DNA of 63,458 nt, the filler included, from Choristocarpus tenellus KU-1152 (taxonomy: Eukaryota > Protista > Phaeophyceae): assembly GCA_964200185.2 (NCBI GenBank). It is 10 parts of 10 records of this genome, joined end to end, with 100 filler letters (N's around TTAATTAATTAA, not from the genome) between each part and the next. Parts side by side here need not be neighbours in the genome. Positions count along the whole stretch, not along the records: positions 34,419 to 39,941 come from CAXNAD020010534.1; positions 40,042 to 45,324 come from CAXNAD020011271.1; positions 45,425 to 52,910 come from CAXNAD020006082.1; 7 more parts are not named here. One strand, written 5' to 3'. The notes below the pieces were generated by a model that saw only the letters and a list, made by a program, of their open reading frames with translations, did no database searches and was not told where the DNA came from. A program made the position numbers and the translations under genes. Positions 38,974 to 52,500 of this stretch are shown piece by piece (the stretch's first letter is position 1; the number at the start of each line of letters is the position of its first letter).

Positions 38974-39720
38974 TTGTCTTGGTCCCATCCATTATAGTAT
39001 ACTACAAGTAATATATGACCTCTACCTTGTGGTAAGCCTGACCCTCACAATTCTCCACACGTCAGACTTAATAAAAATATCACATTATTTTTAATTTTGC
39101 AGACAGGGGGAGATCCGCAGGTTCTGTTAGATTATTATTACTGTGAGAGCCATCTTCCAACTAAGGTATACCTTAAAGGCAACCTATCTCGAAGAATCTG
39201 CTGTTCTTATGACATCTGTTTTTGGATGTTGAAGTAGCATCTGCTTGGAGTGAATAGCAGGTGGTTTGAGGGGACCTGGAAACCCCCCCCTCTTTCACTT
39301 TTCACTTGTTCATTTCCTGAGTGATCTTCTGAGGGATTGCTCTCCCTCTTACCTTGTCTCTCTCCATCTTCTTGCCTCCTGTGGGTCTTTCCGCTCCCCT
39401 TCAGTCTGAAGAACCTGTCGGCTTGTTTCCATCTGTTTCACATTACTCCTACACATATTATGCGAAACATAGCAACTAGACATGGTTGACCCGCATCACT
39501 CATGGGATTGGGTATTACACGTCATCCCTTGAAGGGCGTCATAAAATCAGACACCAAAAAAATAAATCAATCCTAATATTATTACTGTTTTATTTATTCT
39601 TCTATTTGGTCAGGGGTTTCAAGTCTCAAGTCTCAACCATTTTATTACGTACATTTAGGAGGCAGCGAAGGAAATTGCTTTTGCAAGTAATAATAGGGGA
39701 AAATTGTGTGTAACATAAGT

Positions 39721-39905
39721 GGCTCAAAGTATCTGGGGGGGGGAGGGTGGCAGCTGTCCATTCGGGGGCCATTTTTCCATGTCACGATTTTTGGGTGAAT
39801 TTGGTTGCATGCGTCAGATGGATGATGTCAGTGCACTTCTCCTGGTGGTCAGGGTCCGAATGGACACCATGGTGTAGACCCCCCCCCCCCCATATACCTT
39901 GAGCC
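39721..39905 (+). mobile_element. MITE family B, full copy
   Basis: GGCTCAAAGTATCTGGGGGGG...CCCCCCCATATACCTTGAGCC; no clean TSD. Confidence 0.9.
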
Positions 39906-40041
39906 ACCACTTTGCATCTTGAAAACGACAAACAAGAGTACNNNNNNNNNNNNNNNNNNNNNNNNNNNNNNNNNNNNNNNNNNNNTTAATTAATTAANNN
40001 NNNNNNNNNNNNNNNNNNNNNNNNNNNNNNNNNNNNNNNNN

Positions 40042-41550
40042 ACAACGGCAACCAACCACTACTCAAGTACGCAAGCGTACCTGTTCGTGGCGTTTACTGT
40101 GTAACTGCTGCTGCATTACTCTCGCGTATAGTGCATCGTAGTTACGTACATACATTCCTAGTTACGCACGTACAGAGCAGGTACTGTGGCAGATTTCTCT
40201 CTCTATTTTGTTTTGCTTGTATTATTGCTGCAGGTGCCAACACGAATATATATATGAACGACCAATGCAATCAACTCTATGGGTGCCGTCTATCTGAAAT
40301 TCCTCGTGATCAGGACTAACACTCATACTGCAGGCATCCTGCACAGAAGAATCGAAGACCACTACCACTAATAAGAGTACTTTACGTGTGTGTATGTATG
40401 TGTTTGTGTTTGTGCAGACATAGTAGTAATGGTAGTAGTAGAAGTAGTACGCACGACAAGACACCCCACACATCAAGATACGGTCGGTATGCTGTCATTG
40501 CACCAGTCAAGCTCCTTCACCTAGGAGGAATAATGTTTCAACCCGACACCAGACCCATCGACAGAAGCACGATTATCGTTTCGACTGCCCAGTCTAATCT
40601 CCGTGGCCACTCCCTTCCGTGCCGCAGCTAGCCAGGTCCAACAACATTTCTTTTTCCTTACATCTATCTGACATCTCTCTTTCCACCTGCTGGTCATCAC
40701 AGCCCACAAAACAGCCCAAAGAGGGGGGTGGTCGTTGTGTCAGGGCGAAAATAAACAACGGCAACCAACCACTACTCAAGTACGCAAGCGTACCTGTTCG
40801 TGGCGTTTACTGTGTAACTGCTGCTGCATTACTCTCGCGTATAGTGCATCGTAGTTACGTACATACATTCCTAGTTACGCATGTACAGAGCAGGTACTGT
40901 GGCAGATTTCTCTCTCTATTTTGTTTTGCTTGTATTATTGCTGCAGGTGCCAACACGAATATATATATGAACGACCAATGCAATCAACTGTATGGGTGCC
41001 GTCTATCTGAAATTCCTCGTGATCAGGACTAACACTCATACTGCAGGCATCCTGCACAGAAGAATCGAAGACCACTACCACTAATAAGAGTACTTTACGT
41101 GTGTGTATGTGTGTGTTTGTGTTTGTGTTTGTGTTTGTGCAGTCATAGTAGTGGTAGTAGTAGTAGTAGTACGCACGACAAGACACCCCACACATCAAGA
41201 TACGGTTGGTATGCTGCTGTCATTGCACCAGTCAAGCTCCGTCACCTAGGAGGAATAATGTTTCAACCCGACATCAGACCCATCGACAGAAGCACGATTA
41301 TCGTTTCAACGTTCCAGCCTAATATCGTTAGGTGCCCATTTGTCGCAGTGATTGGACATTCGTCTTGCTTGTTGAATCGGACTGCTCCCATGACCTCGTG
41401 ACCTGCTTGTAGCAGCCCTGATCGTTCTGGTGGCCACGCCGAGCTCCCTCTCAACTGATCTGATGATTGACAAACCACTCTGAACTGCCCTCTCTTTCCC
41501 AGTCCATAGCTAGCCAGCTCCAACAACATTTCTTGCTCCTTACGTCTATA
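40042..41550 (+). mobile_element. Tandem LTR-internal-LTR-internal array with 713-bp period (TRIM-like)
   Basis: Near-identical repeats start at 40042 and 40755. The putative LTR 40736-41194 has TGTGT...ACACA ends and follows AAAGAGGGGGG (40718-40728). Both LTR ends are followed by TCAAGATACGGT. The direct repeat is certain; the LTR reading is inference. Confidence 0.7.
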
Positions 41551-43779
41551 TGTCACAAGAGAATATCGCAAGGCTTTCTGCCTTAACTGGGGCAAGCAGT
41601 GTACTCTTGTGTGGAACTCGAAAAGGGGGAACTCCGGTTTGCAAAGAAGTTACAGAATATAATCTGTATCTCGGAAAAGTCGCAAAGGGTCGCAGATGGA
41701 AAGGTCTCAAAGGTTCTCAGACATTGTTCAATGTTTGTTTACCACAAGAAGCCCCAACGGTAAATGATGATGAGAGGTCCTAAAAATTGCTCCAAACGTC
41801 TCAGTTCTTCTGACCTACAGGATTCAACCAATGAGGTTTTGTTCCTTGTATCTTGCTTGGCTGATACCGTTACACGCATTTCCTAGTGCTGCTTGGTTCA
41901 CCTGAGAGTACTCCTGTTCTGCATAGCTGACGTGCATTTATCTGTGCATTGGATTTGAGTTGTACATCCTGTTTAGGTGAGCTCCGAGGGGCAAGTGTTA
42001 CATGGAGGTCCTACCGCCTCTCTTCAAACTGGAGGGATTTCTTATTGTTCACCTCAACGCCTTGGACGCTTTGGAACTTCCCACGCCCGCCTATTTTCGT
42101 TTCTTGTTCCACCCGAATTGTTATGTTGTTCCACCTGGTTTTGTGATCTCTATTCGTCGTCTATGGGACTTCCTCCTTGGGCTTGTCGTCTTCAGGATTT
42201 TGAGGGCTTCTATGGCTGTGAGGGAATCGCCCCTCTCTGGCCGTAAAACGTGTGGCCTCTGATCGCCAGATCACTCGCCTATAGTTATAAAATGAGTGGC
42301 TTCTGACCGCCATGGTATAGACGTTGCCTAGGTAGTTCTTCCTCGCCATTCGTGCACTCGCATTTCCTATCTGTTTTTCGTGTATCATCACACTGTTCTT
42401 TTATTTCACAGTTTCCGCTGGAAATAATTCATTCGGAGATATTCCTGCCCAAGGCCAGACCTGCAAGAACTCTTACAGCAGTCGTGACGGATCAACGTGT
42501 TTATGCATCGCGTCCACCCATCAACAACTTCACCCCCTTTCCACATTGAGCTCGTCGAAAACTCTTGTCTTTCTTAGTACACACTGCGGTCTTTTCTGGT
42601 GCTTTGTCTGCAATCGATGTCCTACGCATGAAAAGACAGTTCTTGCGTTGAGACGACGTTACGGCAACTGAGTGGTTCATATTTCGGTGAGAGAATACAC
42701 TCTTTTTGCATGGCCAGCCGAAAATCGTGGTAAAGGTTGCCATGTGTTATTTTTATTTTTTTTTAAGAGAGAGGAAGGTGTGACTCGGAAGGCAGTGGCC
42801 ATTGGCGAGTTTTGCAATATCGAGCGTACACCGTGGACTCGCGGATGCCTCATTTATATGAAGTTGTTTTGGGGGGGATACATAGGCGAAGATCTCATTG
42901 ATTTGTAACAACTCCCCAATCTCCTCCCAAACATCCTAACCAAATTGAAGGCTACAAAACAAATAGGATATACTTATCTAGAAAGAAATTGAAGTCAAAT
43001 TTTCCCACTAGCAATTTCCTAGAGTAATCCTTTGGGGACCGAAACGGTAAACCATCGAATTCAAGTAGAACGGATTATTGATGATGCCATAAAAGAATTA
43101 TCCGATTGAAGCGACCGATACTCATTTTCCCAACCAATCAAAATGCCTCAAAAAGTTGTATTGTATACGGAGAAGACTCAACACTCCTTTGGGTTGATGA
43201 TAGATCTGCTTGCTATGTTTACTAGCATGTCATACCCTTCCGCTGCCTCAGCCAAAACCCCGATCGTCAGACAGAAACTGGGACTATATCACCACAATAG
43301 GACGTCCATACACGAAGAGGTATCAAGCCAAACTTTACTGTTATGCAGAGAGGTTGTCAACCGTGTAATGGCAGCCCTTACACCGATGCTTCAATCTGTG
43401 TTAACCCAGAACTCCTAGCCAGCTGTCTGTACTGCCTCAAATACTGAACCTTCCTCTGTTCCCGACAAACACGGTACCTCGTTTGCTCAAATAAAAAAGA
43501 TAAATAAAGCAATGCATCAAAACCCGTTCGACCAGGCATATCCGTTCCCCAGCCGGTGCTTTGAGCCCTACCTGTTTAGCCACAGACAGGGCGAGCGATA
43601 GAAGTCGGCACGATTCGGGCAAAGGCTTACCTCCATCTTCTACCTCCACAAGACGAAGTCGACATATGGCTAAGGGCACACCGAGTTTGCTTTCATCATG
43701 CCTGTAGTCAAGACTGCTTCATGTCTATAACTGACGAGTGCAGGTATACGTAATGCGACTTGTTAGTTCCCAGAGGAAT

Positions 43780-45200
43780 CCACTCATACCTTTCGGGGTT
43801 TGCTTACCACAGCTCAACATGGCAGGCAAAGGTACCTTAAATGCAGCAAACCCCAGAGGGTGCAATATTCTACCAGTGCTGGTACTGAGGTCATGCAAAC
43901 TTCTAATAGCGTTTTCCACAGAGAAAAAGTGCGCAATATGGCTTTTAGGATAATGGTGGGGTTGCCATACGAAATTATTTTTAGGAGCAACATTTTGTGG
44001 ACAACACTAGAGTGAACTGTCATTGAGAGAAGGTCAATGTTCCCAACCATCACCACTGCCACCATGGGTACCTTTCGTCAACATTTCAACACCCACATCG
44101 AGCAGTAACAATGTATCCTTGTCAGATCTTAGCAAATGGCATTGTGGTACAAAGGAAAGTTCTAAGATGGATAGTTGTTAGACTAGGTAACTAAACAGAA
44201 GAAATTAACAGCTTTACCTTACTACAGTTGGATGTTCATCATACCTTCTAGGAACTTCATAACCCTAACACAAGACCATGACCAACTAATGTTCCCACCT
44301 AAGAACAACTCTTGCCCCGAGAGGATGTGTTACGTCTCTTTCCTATTGGTACTAGTGTCAAACATTGTGGAAGGATATAAGCTGAAGAGACCGGTAGGAT
44401 AGGGTCTAGTTTTTGATTTCAAGTCACCCCATTGGAGGGTAAGGTTGAAGGATGAAGGTAAGGAGGAATTTCAGCAGGAGAGAGACGAGTGCCTCCTCCA
44501 GAAAAGCTCCCAGCAGGTAACAACTGTATGCCTGAAGGACAAGGTTGAGGTTCAGCCGGTACATGCTAGAACAAGAGATTAAAGCAACGATAATCATAGT
44601 CACTGGAAGGAACATGAGACAGCAGAAGTTGGAATGAAGAAGCCGCCCACATTTTACCACACATAAATATACATCGGTTCTATAGGCTGAAGTCCTTAGA
44701 AAAGACAAACACTGAACTCACTACTTTTTATTTTATTTATTTATTTCCCTCTTTTCTATGTTGTAACAACTCTCTGTGATCTTGAATTCTCTATTTTTTT
44801 ATGTCTTCTATATCTCATTAATGTTTTTCTAATGTTATTTATATTTTTAGTTCTCATCCCATCATCCCCTGATTCTTAAATTTCATTTTCTTTTCATGGT
44901 TGTTACTCTCCTTATTTACTGACTTTTTCTTTTCTTTTTTTTCCTTTCTACTTTTTTTTATTTTTATTTTACATACTATTCAGTTTCCACTTTGTTGCCC
45001 TCATCACCCACACATTTTTTTTATTATTTTCTATTTTTTTCCCATTTTCTTTTTGTTTACTTTATTTTTTATTTGTACTATTTGTTGCTCTCATTGACCT
45101 TTCTTTCTTTCTATATTTTTTTATTTATTTTTCATTGCCCGTTTTGCACAATAGCAGCCTTGAGTATGCTTTGGGCATGGGGGGCATACGTCTAATCCTT
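43780..45200 (+). mobile_element. Internally deleted Ty3/gypsy relic, same family as 26440-29530
   Basis: 44140-45190 aligns by eye with the reverse complement of about 26540-27300 (CTACAGTTGGATGTT, CAGGTAACAACTGTATGCC, CCTTGAGTATGCTTTG). Upstream retropepsin-like remnants are LNAANPRGCNIL and FRIMVGLPYEII. Confidence 0.75.
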
Positions 45201-45436
45201 GATAGCACTTGCATTAATATAACCGGGAAGATCGGAACGGAAGACGCACGAATTGTATGCCCAATCAGAGCTATATATTTTGTAACTGTTGAAGGTCCAG
45301 TTCAAAAGAAACAAGTGTATTCTCNNNNNNNNNNNNNNNNNNNNNNNNNNNNNNNNNNNNNNNNNNNNTTAATTAATTAANNNNNNNNNNNNNNNNNNNN
45401 NNNNNNNNNNNNNNNNNNNNNNNNCCGCCACATGGT

Positions 45437-45613
45437 GACCCAAAGTAACTGGGGGTGGAGGGTGGTTCTACACCAGGGTGTCCATTTGGACCAAAATCAG
45501 GAAAAGTGCATTTTCATTATCCATTCGAGATATGCAACCAAATCACCCATAAATCGCAACATGAAAAATTGACCCCAAATGGACAGCCGCCACCCCCCCA
45601 GATACTTTCAGCC
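45437..45613 (-). mobile_element. MITE family B, full copy with TGGT TSD
   Basis: TGGT at 45433-45436 and 45614-45617; TIRs GACCCAAAGTAACTGGGGG...CCCCCAGATACTTTCAGCC. Confidence 0.9.
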
Positions 45614-47559
45614 TGGTCAGAGGTATTCAAACTACTTACTAATATTGCACTACAATCGATTGTACTGCCTCCGTTCCTGACTTGGTTGTCGGGTATTATT
45701 GGGTTCAGCATTCCCGCCACTCATCGCTCGATCTCCTCCCTTGAATCTTCTGCTGCAGTCCATTGTCGCTCCGTCTCCTCCCTAGAATCTTGCCTTCTGG
45801 GGTTGTCCCATGATAACGTTTAATGTAGATATCGGATTTAAAAAATAAAAAGCATATTCGTGATGCCCGTCACAATGCCCTCCAGATTACGGACTTCGTT
45901 TTTTCGCCATTTAATAATTTTTTGAAGAAAAATCGCTGATATTGGGGTTCGAACCCTGGATTGTAGGTCACCAAGAGTGGCAACAGATACATTATTACTT
46001 GATTTAAGTATAGGGTTTAGAGAGGAAAACCCTACCCACCCTTTCTTCCTGTGTGTTCGCGCACCTACTCTCTGACCTTGGTAAGGATGTCCTCGTCGAC
46101 GACCAGAACGAAACACCTCTCGTAGCGCTCTTGCTCCGACCGACACCTTGATGTGGCCCTTAGTTAAGAAGTCTCTCTCCCATTTACTCGCAGTTTCCGA
46201 CCTGACCATCGCATATCCTGTTGCCATCTCGAGCGCGTTTGACGGTCTTTCCAGTCGTTCATACACAGGTACAGGATTCCCAGTGTTAGAGCCCTTACTA
46301 TCACATTTCCTCGCTGAGCGCCGGAAATGGGCAACTACGAAGTGATGTGTACACTACTTAGCTTCTAACCGAGTTTAGTCCTACGAAGAAGGTGGGTGAG
46401 GAGTTAGGAAAACATCCCAAGAATCTGACAGACTCCTTCTTGTCCATCTGGTTGGTGTCTCTAGCTTGAAATGCATGGTGTCTCTTGAGAGAGACACTTG
46501 TACAGTGACGGACACTATCCGTCTCAAACTGGACTTGGTAGACCCTTTGCTCCAATATTATATCGTTTAACTTATCCCTTACTTAGTAGATGTCTCCCCT
46601 CGTCTCCTGTAGGCTAAGAGTGACTTGTAAGATAAAATCCAGCTGTTTTTCTTGCATCAATTGTTATTTATGAGGGATATATGGTTTCCCTTTATGGTGG
46701 AAGTTGTCACTTCAAGGACGAATTTTGTCGCACTATAACATAAGAACCAACCAATGGAGAAGTAGCTAGGTTTGGACTCTTTTGCATTCTAAGCCATCTT
46801 TTGTACCCTGACAGTACACTCTATTTCATTGCTTTTTGTACACAATAATAGTGTACGCAAAATTGATATTCCTCCCTTTCCACACACAAAGCGACATCAA
46901 ATTTCGCCAAAGACTCTTTCTGCAATTGTACAAAAACATCTTTTTGCCCTTTCTCGGGATCATTAAAATGCAACATTGCCTACTTCTCAATTGCTTTGAC
47001 ACATAGCTTCAACAAGTTTTTCAATGAAAGCAGCTGCAATGTGTTCTATTCGTCAAACTCTTTATCATCTAATTTAACATGCAACAACGATTTTTTCAAA
47101 ATCGTTTTCACTATCATCGTGAAAAGCGCACTCTAGTTTGCTTTGTGTTGTCAAATGGAAGAATTACGACTACGATGATTAAATCGGCCAGAGGTTTTTT
47201 CGATTAATCGAATTCAATTGTCCGTGCATCAGACGACACGCACGAAACACGCCCAAAATGCTGAGTGGGGCGTGGCGCCCCAACGCGAAAAATCCAAAGC
47301 CTTCACATATCTCAGCAGGTACATCGGAAGCCGTGGGCAGTGAAATGTCCACTGAGTTGTGGGTAGTGAGACCTTGCGACGAATATATGGTTCTGTAACC
47401 TCTCGCACGTTCAGTAGTTACACTTCTGGTCATGTTGTGATTTTTGAATGACCTGACCTTTTCAGTTCGGTTATTCTGTTTTTCCTATTAATTAATTGAA
47501 GCTGATTAAACTGTTGCCATTCACAGGACTAATAGATTTGGAAGCTCAAATGGCATGTT

Positions 47560-48250
47560 CCTCATCGAGTGATATTGGTGGGCAGAGGCCCGCAAAAAGA
47601 GAGAAACCAAGAACTCAATTTGAAATCTCCTGTGAGAGGCTTTTTGGTCACACAATGGGCGCATGCACTGCTCAAAATATGGCCGAGCTGATTTAATCGA
47701 AAGAGTCTGACTCTGTCTTGATGAAAGGGGAAATGTGGAGCTGCTTCAAGACAACGAGACTCCTTGATTTACGACAACATCAAGCGAGTAGTAGTCACTG
47801 AGATGCTTGAGAGTAATACAGAATATCTCAAGGCTTTGGAACAGCGTACAAGACCCAAAATGCTGGTATTATTATGGATCTCGACAATGGTATGCAGTGG
47901 AAGGGGAATTCTGGCTACAAAGATATCGATGTTGATGACCTACTCAATACAACATTTTGAAGTCTTTGCACATGTGGGTGATGAAAGGTGGCCCAAAGTA
48001 TCTGGGAGAGGTGGCGACTGTCCACTTGCGGTCAATTTTTTCATGTCGCGATTTTTGGATGATTTGGTTGCATACGTCCGATGGATAATGTAATGCACTT
48101 TTTCTTATTTTGGTCCAAATGGACACCCTGGCGTAGATCCCCCCCCCCTCCCAGATACTTTGAGTCAGGTGGTTTTTCATCTGCACGGAAGGGTGGCCAG
48201 AAGCACTGCGCCAGAGCAAGGGAGATGTTCCAGAGTTGCATTTTAAGGAT
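47560..48250 (+). pseudogene. Second, more decayed DD39D mariner-like transposase relic, interrupted by a MITE
   Basis: After removing the MITE the frame reads FEVFAHVGDERWFFICTEG (~VHVDEKWFFI). Upstream YLKALEQRTRPKML resembles LKPxLT..NK..RL. Boundaries are approximate. Confidence 0.6.
47990..48166 (+). mobile_element. MITE family B, full copy with AGGT TSD
   Basis: AGGT at 47986-47989 and 48167-48170; TIRs GGCCCAAAGTATCTGGGAG...CTCCCAGATACTTTGAGTC. Confidence 0.92.
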
Positions 48251-49587
48251 GACAAATATGCTCAAAATTTGACTTTTTTTTACAAATGCTTGTATTTTTT
48301 TTAAAAATTCTGTCGAGAAGTCTCAAGATTGAAAAACTGTCTTATAATAATGGAAAATGATCAAAACCTGGGTACTCTTAGCTTAATTTGACTCACTTCT
48401 ACTTTCATGATGCAAGCCTCCTGCTTGCAAGTTGCAGCTCAAACGCCACATTATAATTACCCCAAATCCAAACCGACAATATATTTTCCGAACAGAGGTA
48501 ACATCATTGTAGCAGGTGTGACAGATTCTCACGTTCGCAGGACCTTACTATTGTAGAGGGGTGGTCAGACACCTACTCGGGGCCTTTGCGACCCTGTAAC
48601 GATTTTCATCTAATTTAAGTGAACGCGTTAGATATGATGGCAATGGAGGCACCTTCCTTTTTCATTCCCCTGCCTGAATCAATTTTGAAGAAAATTCATG
48701 GGCAAAACGGGAAATCGATCTTGGGAGTTTTCTAACACCCCATCCAGCCCAGATTGAACGACCTGGTCAAACCTCCCCCCCCTCTAGGGTACTATGGCGA
48801 GCCAGCATCTCTAAAGAAACATGCTCTTCTTGTTGTGACAACTGTGACGATGTGCACACTGCAGGAAAAAAAGTTATCTGAAGTAATAATGGAGGGATGA
48901 AGTCCTATTATTATTGTAACATAGTTATCAATATGTCGTATAACAAGTTGTGTTCGCCTGTTAGCTCTTGAGAATGTATAAATACTGCATGGGAAGCCTC
49001 TCCATTTTGACTTAAGGTGGCACAGTTATGGTCGACGGATTGGTGGAATTAAAGTGTCTGACAGGGTCTACTCTTTTTTACAAGGAACCCGATGATCTTG
49101 ACCTCCCACTCTGGTTCGTGTTGTAGGAGGAAATTTTTTCAGGAAGTAGTGCAGATATTTTGTTATTATGCCGTCTTACATTTTCCAGATAGATGTATCA
49201 AGGGAAAAACCAATGAAAACTATTCACATGTCAGAAAAATCCCTAAAAAGTAACAGTGGTCATAAATGTCAAAGACATCAATCTATTTAGTAAGTGCACA
49301 TATCGTCACAGTTAGTTGTTCTGAATGGTGTTATTATTAATAAAAATTAGTAGCGGTAATATTATCGTTTGTCAGATACTATCGAACTAGTTTATCCATC
49401 TTAACATGAAAAAAACCCCGCTTACGAAGAATATTATGTAAGCGGGATTTCTCGTCCATTCTCTGTTCTCTTCTTGTACCCATGCGCGTCGAATTTGTCA
49501 TCCACGCGACACGCGCGAATTTTTCTTGGTTGTGGAGGGCAGAAATGGAGATGACCAGAATCTAGAAGGTCAGTTCCTCTACAAATC

Positions 49588-52500
49588 ATGGCGGTCAACA
49601 CAGCTCCTGTCAAGTGGGCGCAACGAGTAGACAGTATCTACCTCACTCTAGATTTGCCTGATGTGAAGGATGAGCAACTAAAACTCACCAAGGACACTCT
49701 AGTTTTCAGGTCTGATTATTCCCCCTGCTTTTTTGTAGAGCCATCATCGTTGTTTCAGCTTTCAGTCTCAAATTTCGCCGTCTTTGTAGTTCTGACCTAT
49801 TTTGAATGCGAGCCTTTTCAATCTAATGTAGCGCTCGTGGATAGTGGGGAATGAGGATACGAATACCGGACTGTGTCCATATTGATGGTCCATTGGAGGG
49901 GTTGCCGAAATTTGCTTCGCACGTTGGACACAATATACCTATACCTTGACAGAAGATTGACTAAACTCATGGGGCTTGCTCCTTGGATCGATACTGTGTT
50001 GCGTGAGTAAACCTTGTTTATGTAGTCTATCAATTTGCTCCGTTGATGTGTCCCAAGCCTTGCCCTTCTCACAGAATGAAAATCTTGATTTTGGATCTGT
50101 GGAGACTCTATGATCCTTAACCTTACTGGAAAATTGTAAATGAGAAACTGAGACTCCGTACTCTCCTACTTCTTGCCTTTATTCTCTATTATTGGGCGTT
50201 AGTAAGGTTTGACCCCATCTCGCGATTCTCTCCTGTTTTCCCCATGGTATGTGCCCCATCTCCCGTGTTGTACTCCCCTCCTTCCCCTTGTTGCTCTCAG
50301 CGGGACCAGCAATGGGAAGGAGTATGCGTTAGAGCTTGAGTTCCTCCATGAGGTCAATGCTGAGGTGCGCAAGGCGTTTGTCGATAACGTTGTCTGTTGT
50401 CGTTCGGTATGTTCATTCGATATCTATCGTTGCGGTGACACAATAGTCGATAGGATAGTCTCTACTTAGCTGGAGAAATGCGTGTATAGTAGGAGTATTT
50501 TGCATGCAATTCAAGTTTACTGTCGCACTGGCTGATACAAACGACTACATGTGTATGCCCCTTTCGCTTTTGCGGGTGATGTGATACCTAAGGATTGCGA
50601 AGCGAAAGGTTTCTTGGGAAGAGGAAGAGTGGTGCACTCAGTCGCCATGCGTCCATGCCAATCGAAAATCTCATCGACTAGTCCCACCATCTTCTTTTCT
50701 CATAAAATTTTTCTCTTCTTTGATTCCAGCTGTCCTATTGTCTTGTGAAGTTACGTGGGATTCATCTTTGTGTGTTCAATGCCTTCTGACAGAATGAGCT
50801 CGAATAGCTGGGAAGAGTCGATTCTCCTGTTGAGTATTCACAACTACATTACATACCCGGTGGATCTGACTATGTCACCCCTACCCCACCTGGGTACTGT
50901 GACTCTTTTACTCTTGCAGCAAAGCACTTGGAAGGTCCTACCCCGCAACATTCAGATGCACATTGAAAAGGAAAAAACTGGGGAAGAGTTCTGGGCACGC
51001 TTGCTTAAGGTTTGTTCATTTATCTTTATGGGGGTTGGGCTACTCCTGTGATTGTGTTTAGGTCTTGTTTAGGAGATGTGAGGGAGGTTCATATTTCGAA
51101 TTTTGCAAAGGACGTACTAGAATAGTTTTGATGTGATGGAAATTGCCATGGTATGTGCAGTATCAACTTTGACTTGAATGTAGTGTCCCCTTCTCAGGTC
51201 TGTTTTAAAGAACTATTTTGATATAATGGCTTCATACCTTCTTTCCTCAATCCTGTCAGTAGCATGGTACCATGGAATGTTTCTTTTGTTGTGATCCCTA
51301 TCACACCAATTATGGTCAACTGAACATGCAACAATACTTGCATGTACAAAAATACCTTATTCAAAGTTGGTGATCTTAATACCATGTGCCCTGCACCAGT
51401 GAATTATTGCCTCTTCCCAAACATTGCTTTCGTTATCATTTTATGTCTGCAACACACTACAAAACTTGAGTAATGCAGGACAAGGCTCTGGAGAAGACAA
51501 ATGTAAAGATTGATTGGAACAAGTATGTGGATGAAGATGATGATGGGGATGCCAGTGAGTGGATGAGTGTTATTTCTGTGGATCTTTTGAATCCTTTATA
51601 TGCTGTATTTTATTCAAGTATATTTTTTGCTGATGCTACTCTGTTGCAACAAAGCCTTTTGCATCGATTTAGAAGAATTGACACTACTGTGTGCTGTCGC
51701 ATGATGTTGACCAAGAATTTGTTTTTGTATGTGGTATTTATTCTTTTATTAATCTTATTTTCATTTCAGTATATGAATGTATGTGTCATATCAATGTGTA
51801 AGTATAGTGGTGTATATATATGTTTTTGGAATATACTAATTATTTATATATATATTTTCCTCAAGTATTGATGTTTCCATCCGAATAGGAGATGGATTTT
51901 TTTGGGGGGGGGGTGGTTGTGCTGATGGTTCAAGTGGTAAATGAAAGATTGCCAATGTAAGATGATGGAAATGTGAACCTTACAATCCCTTCTTGCTGTT
52001 ACTGACACTTCCAGCAGTATATTGGTGTACAATGTTGCAACTACTCCTGTAGTTCACTCTAACTGTAAGCATGTTGCTGAGGTTTGAGTGGTGATAGTTT
52101 TTGGAGGGCTGATTAGCTCCTTTTATTTTTCTTGATTGATGAAATGAGATCAAGTGTTGCTTGTGCCTTGCCATTCTATAACTGTGATCATGATTCCACT
52201 ATTTGCAGGATTTGATATGAGTGCACTTGATGGGGGCAGTGGCTTTGGTGGAGGAATGGGAGGCGGTATGCCTGGGATGGGAGGTATGGAAGGCATGGGA
52301 GAAATGGGGAACATGGAAGAAATGATGAGTAAGCTGGGAGCAGGTGGTAAGTTTTATAGGCTGCCTACCTTGTATTGTAGCAAGTGCAACATCTGCCAAT
52401 GCTTTATTCTCCCACTCAGCCTTACCTGTGGTCAATTTACTAGCTGCTGTTAACCTGTTGTTGGTTGCAAATTCAGCTTAGGGTGTGTGAGGAGAGATTT

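Noticed and set aside
45940-45995. GGTTCGAACCC B-box suggesting a tRNA or SINE
   Set aside because: No cloverleaf or convincing A-box, and no second copy in the window.
47273-47286. TGGCGCCCCAACG resembling a tRNA-Lys primer-binding site
   Set aside because: It is not preceded by an LTR end (CA), and no gag follows.
49556-49572. Heat-shock element before p23 (AGAATCTAGAAGGTC)
   Set aside because: It needs multiple mismatches to fit nGAAnnTTCn arrays.
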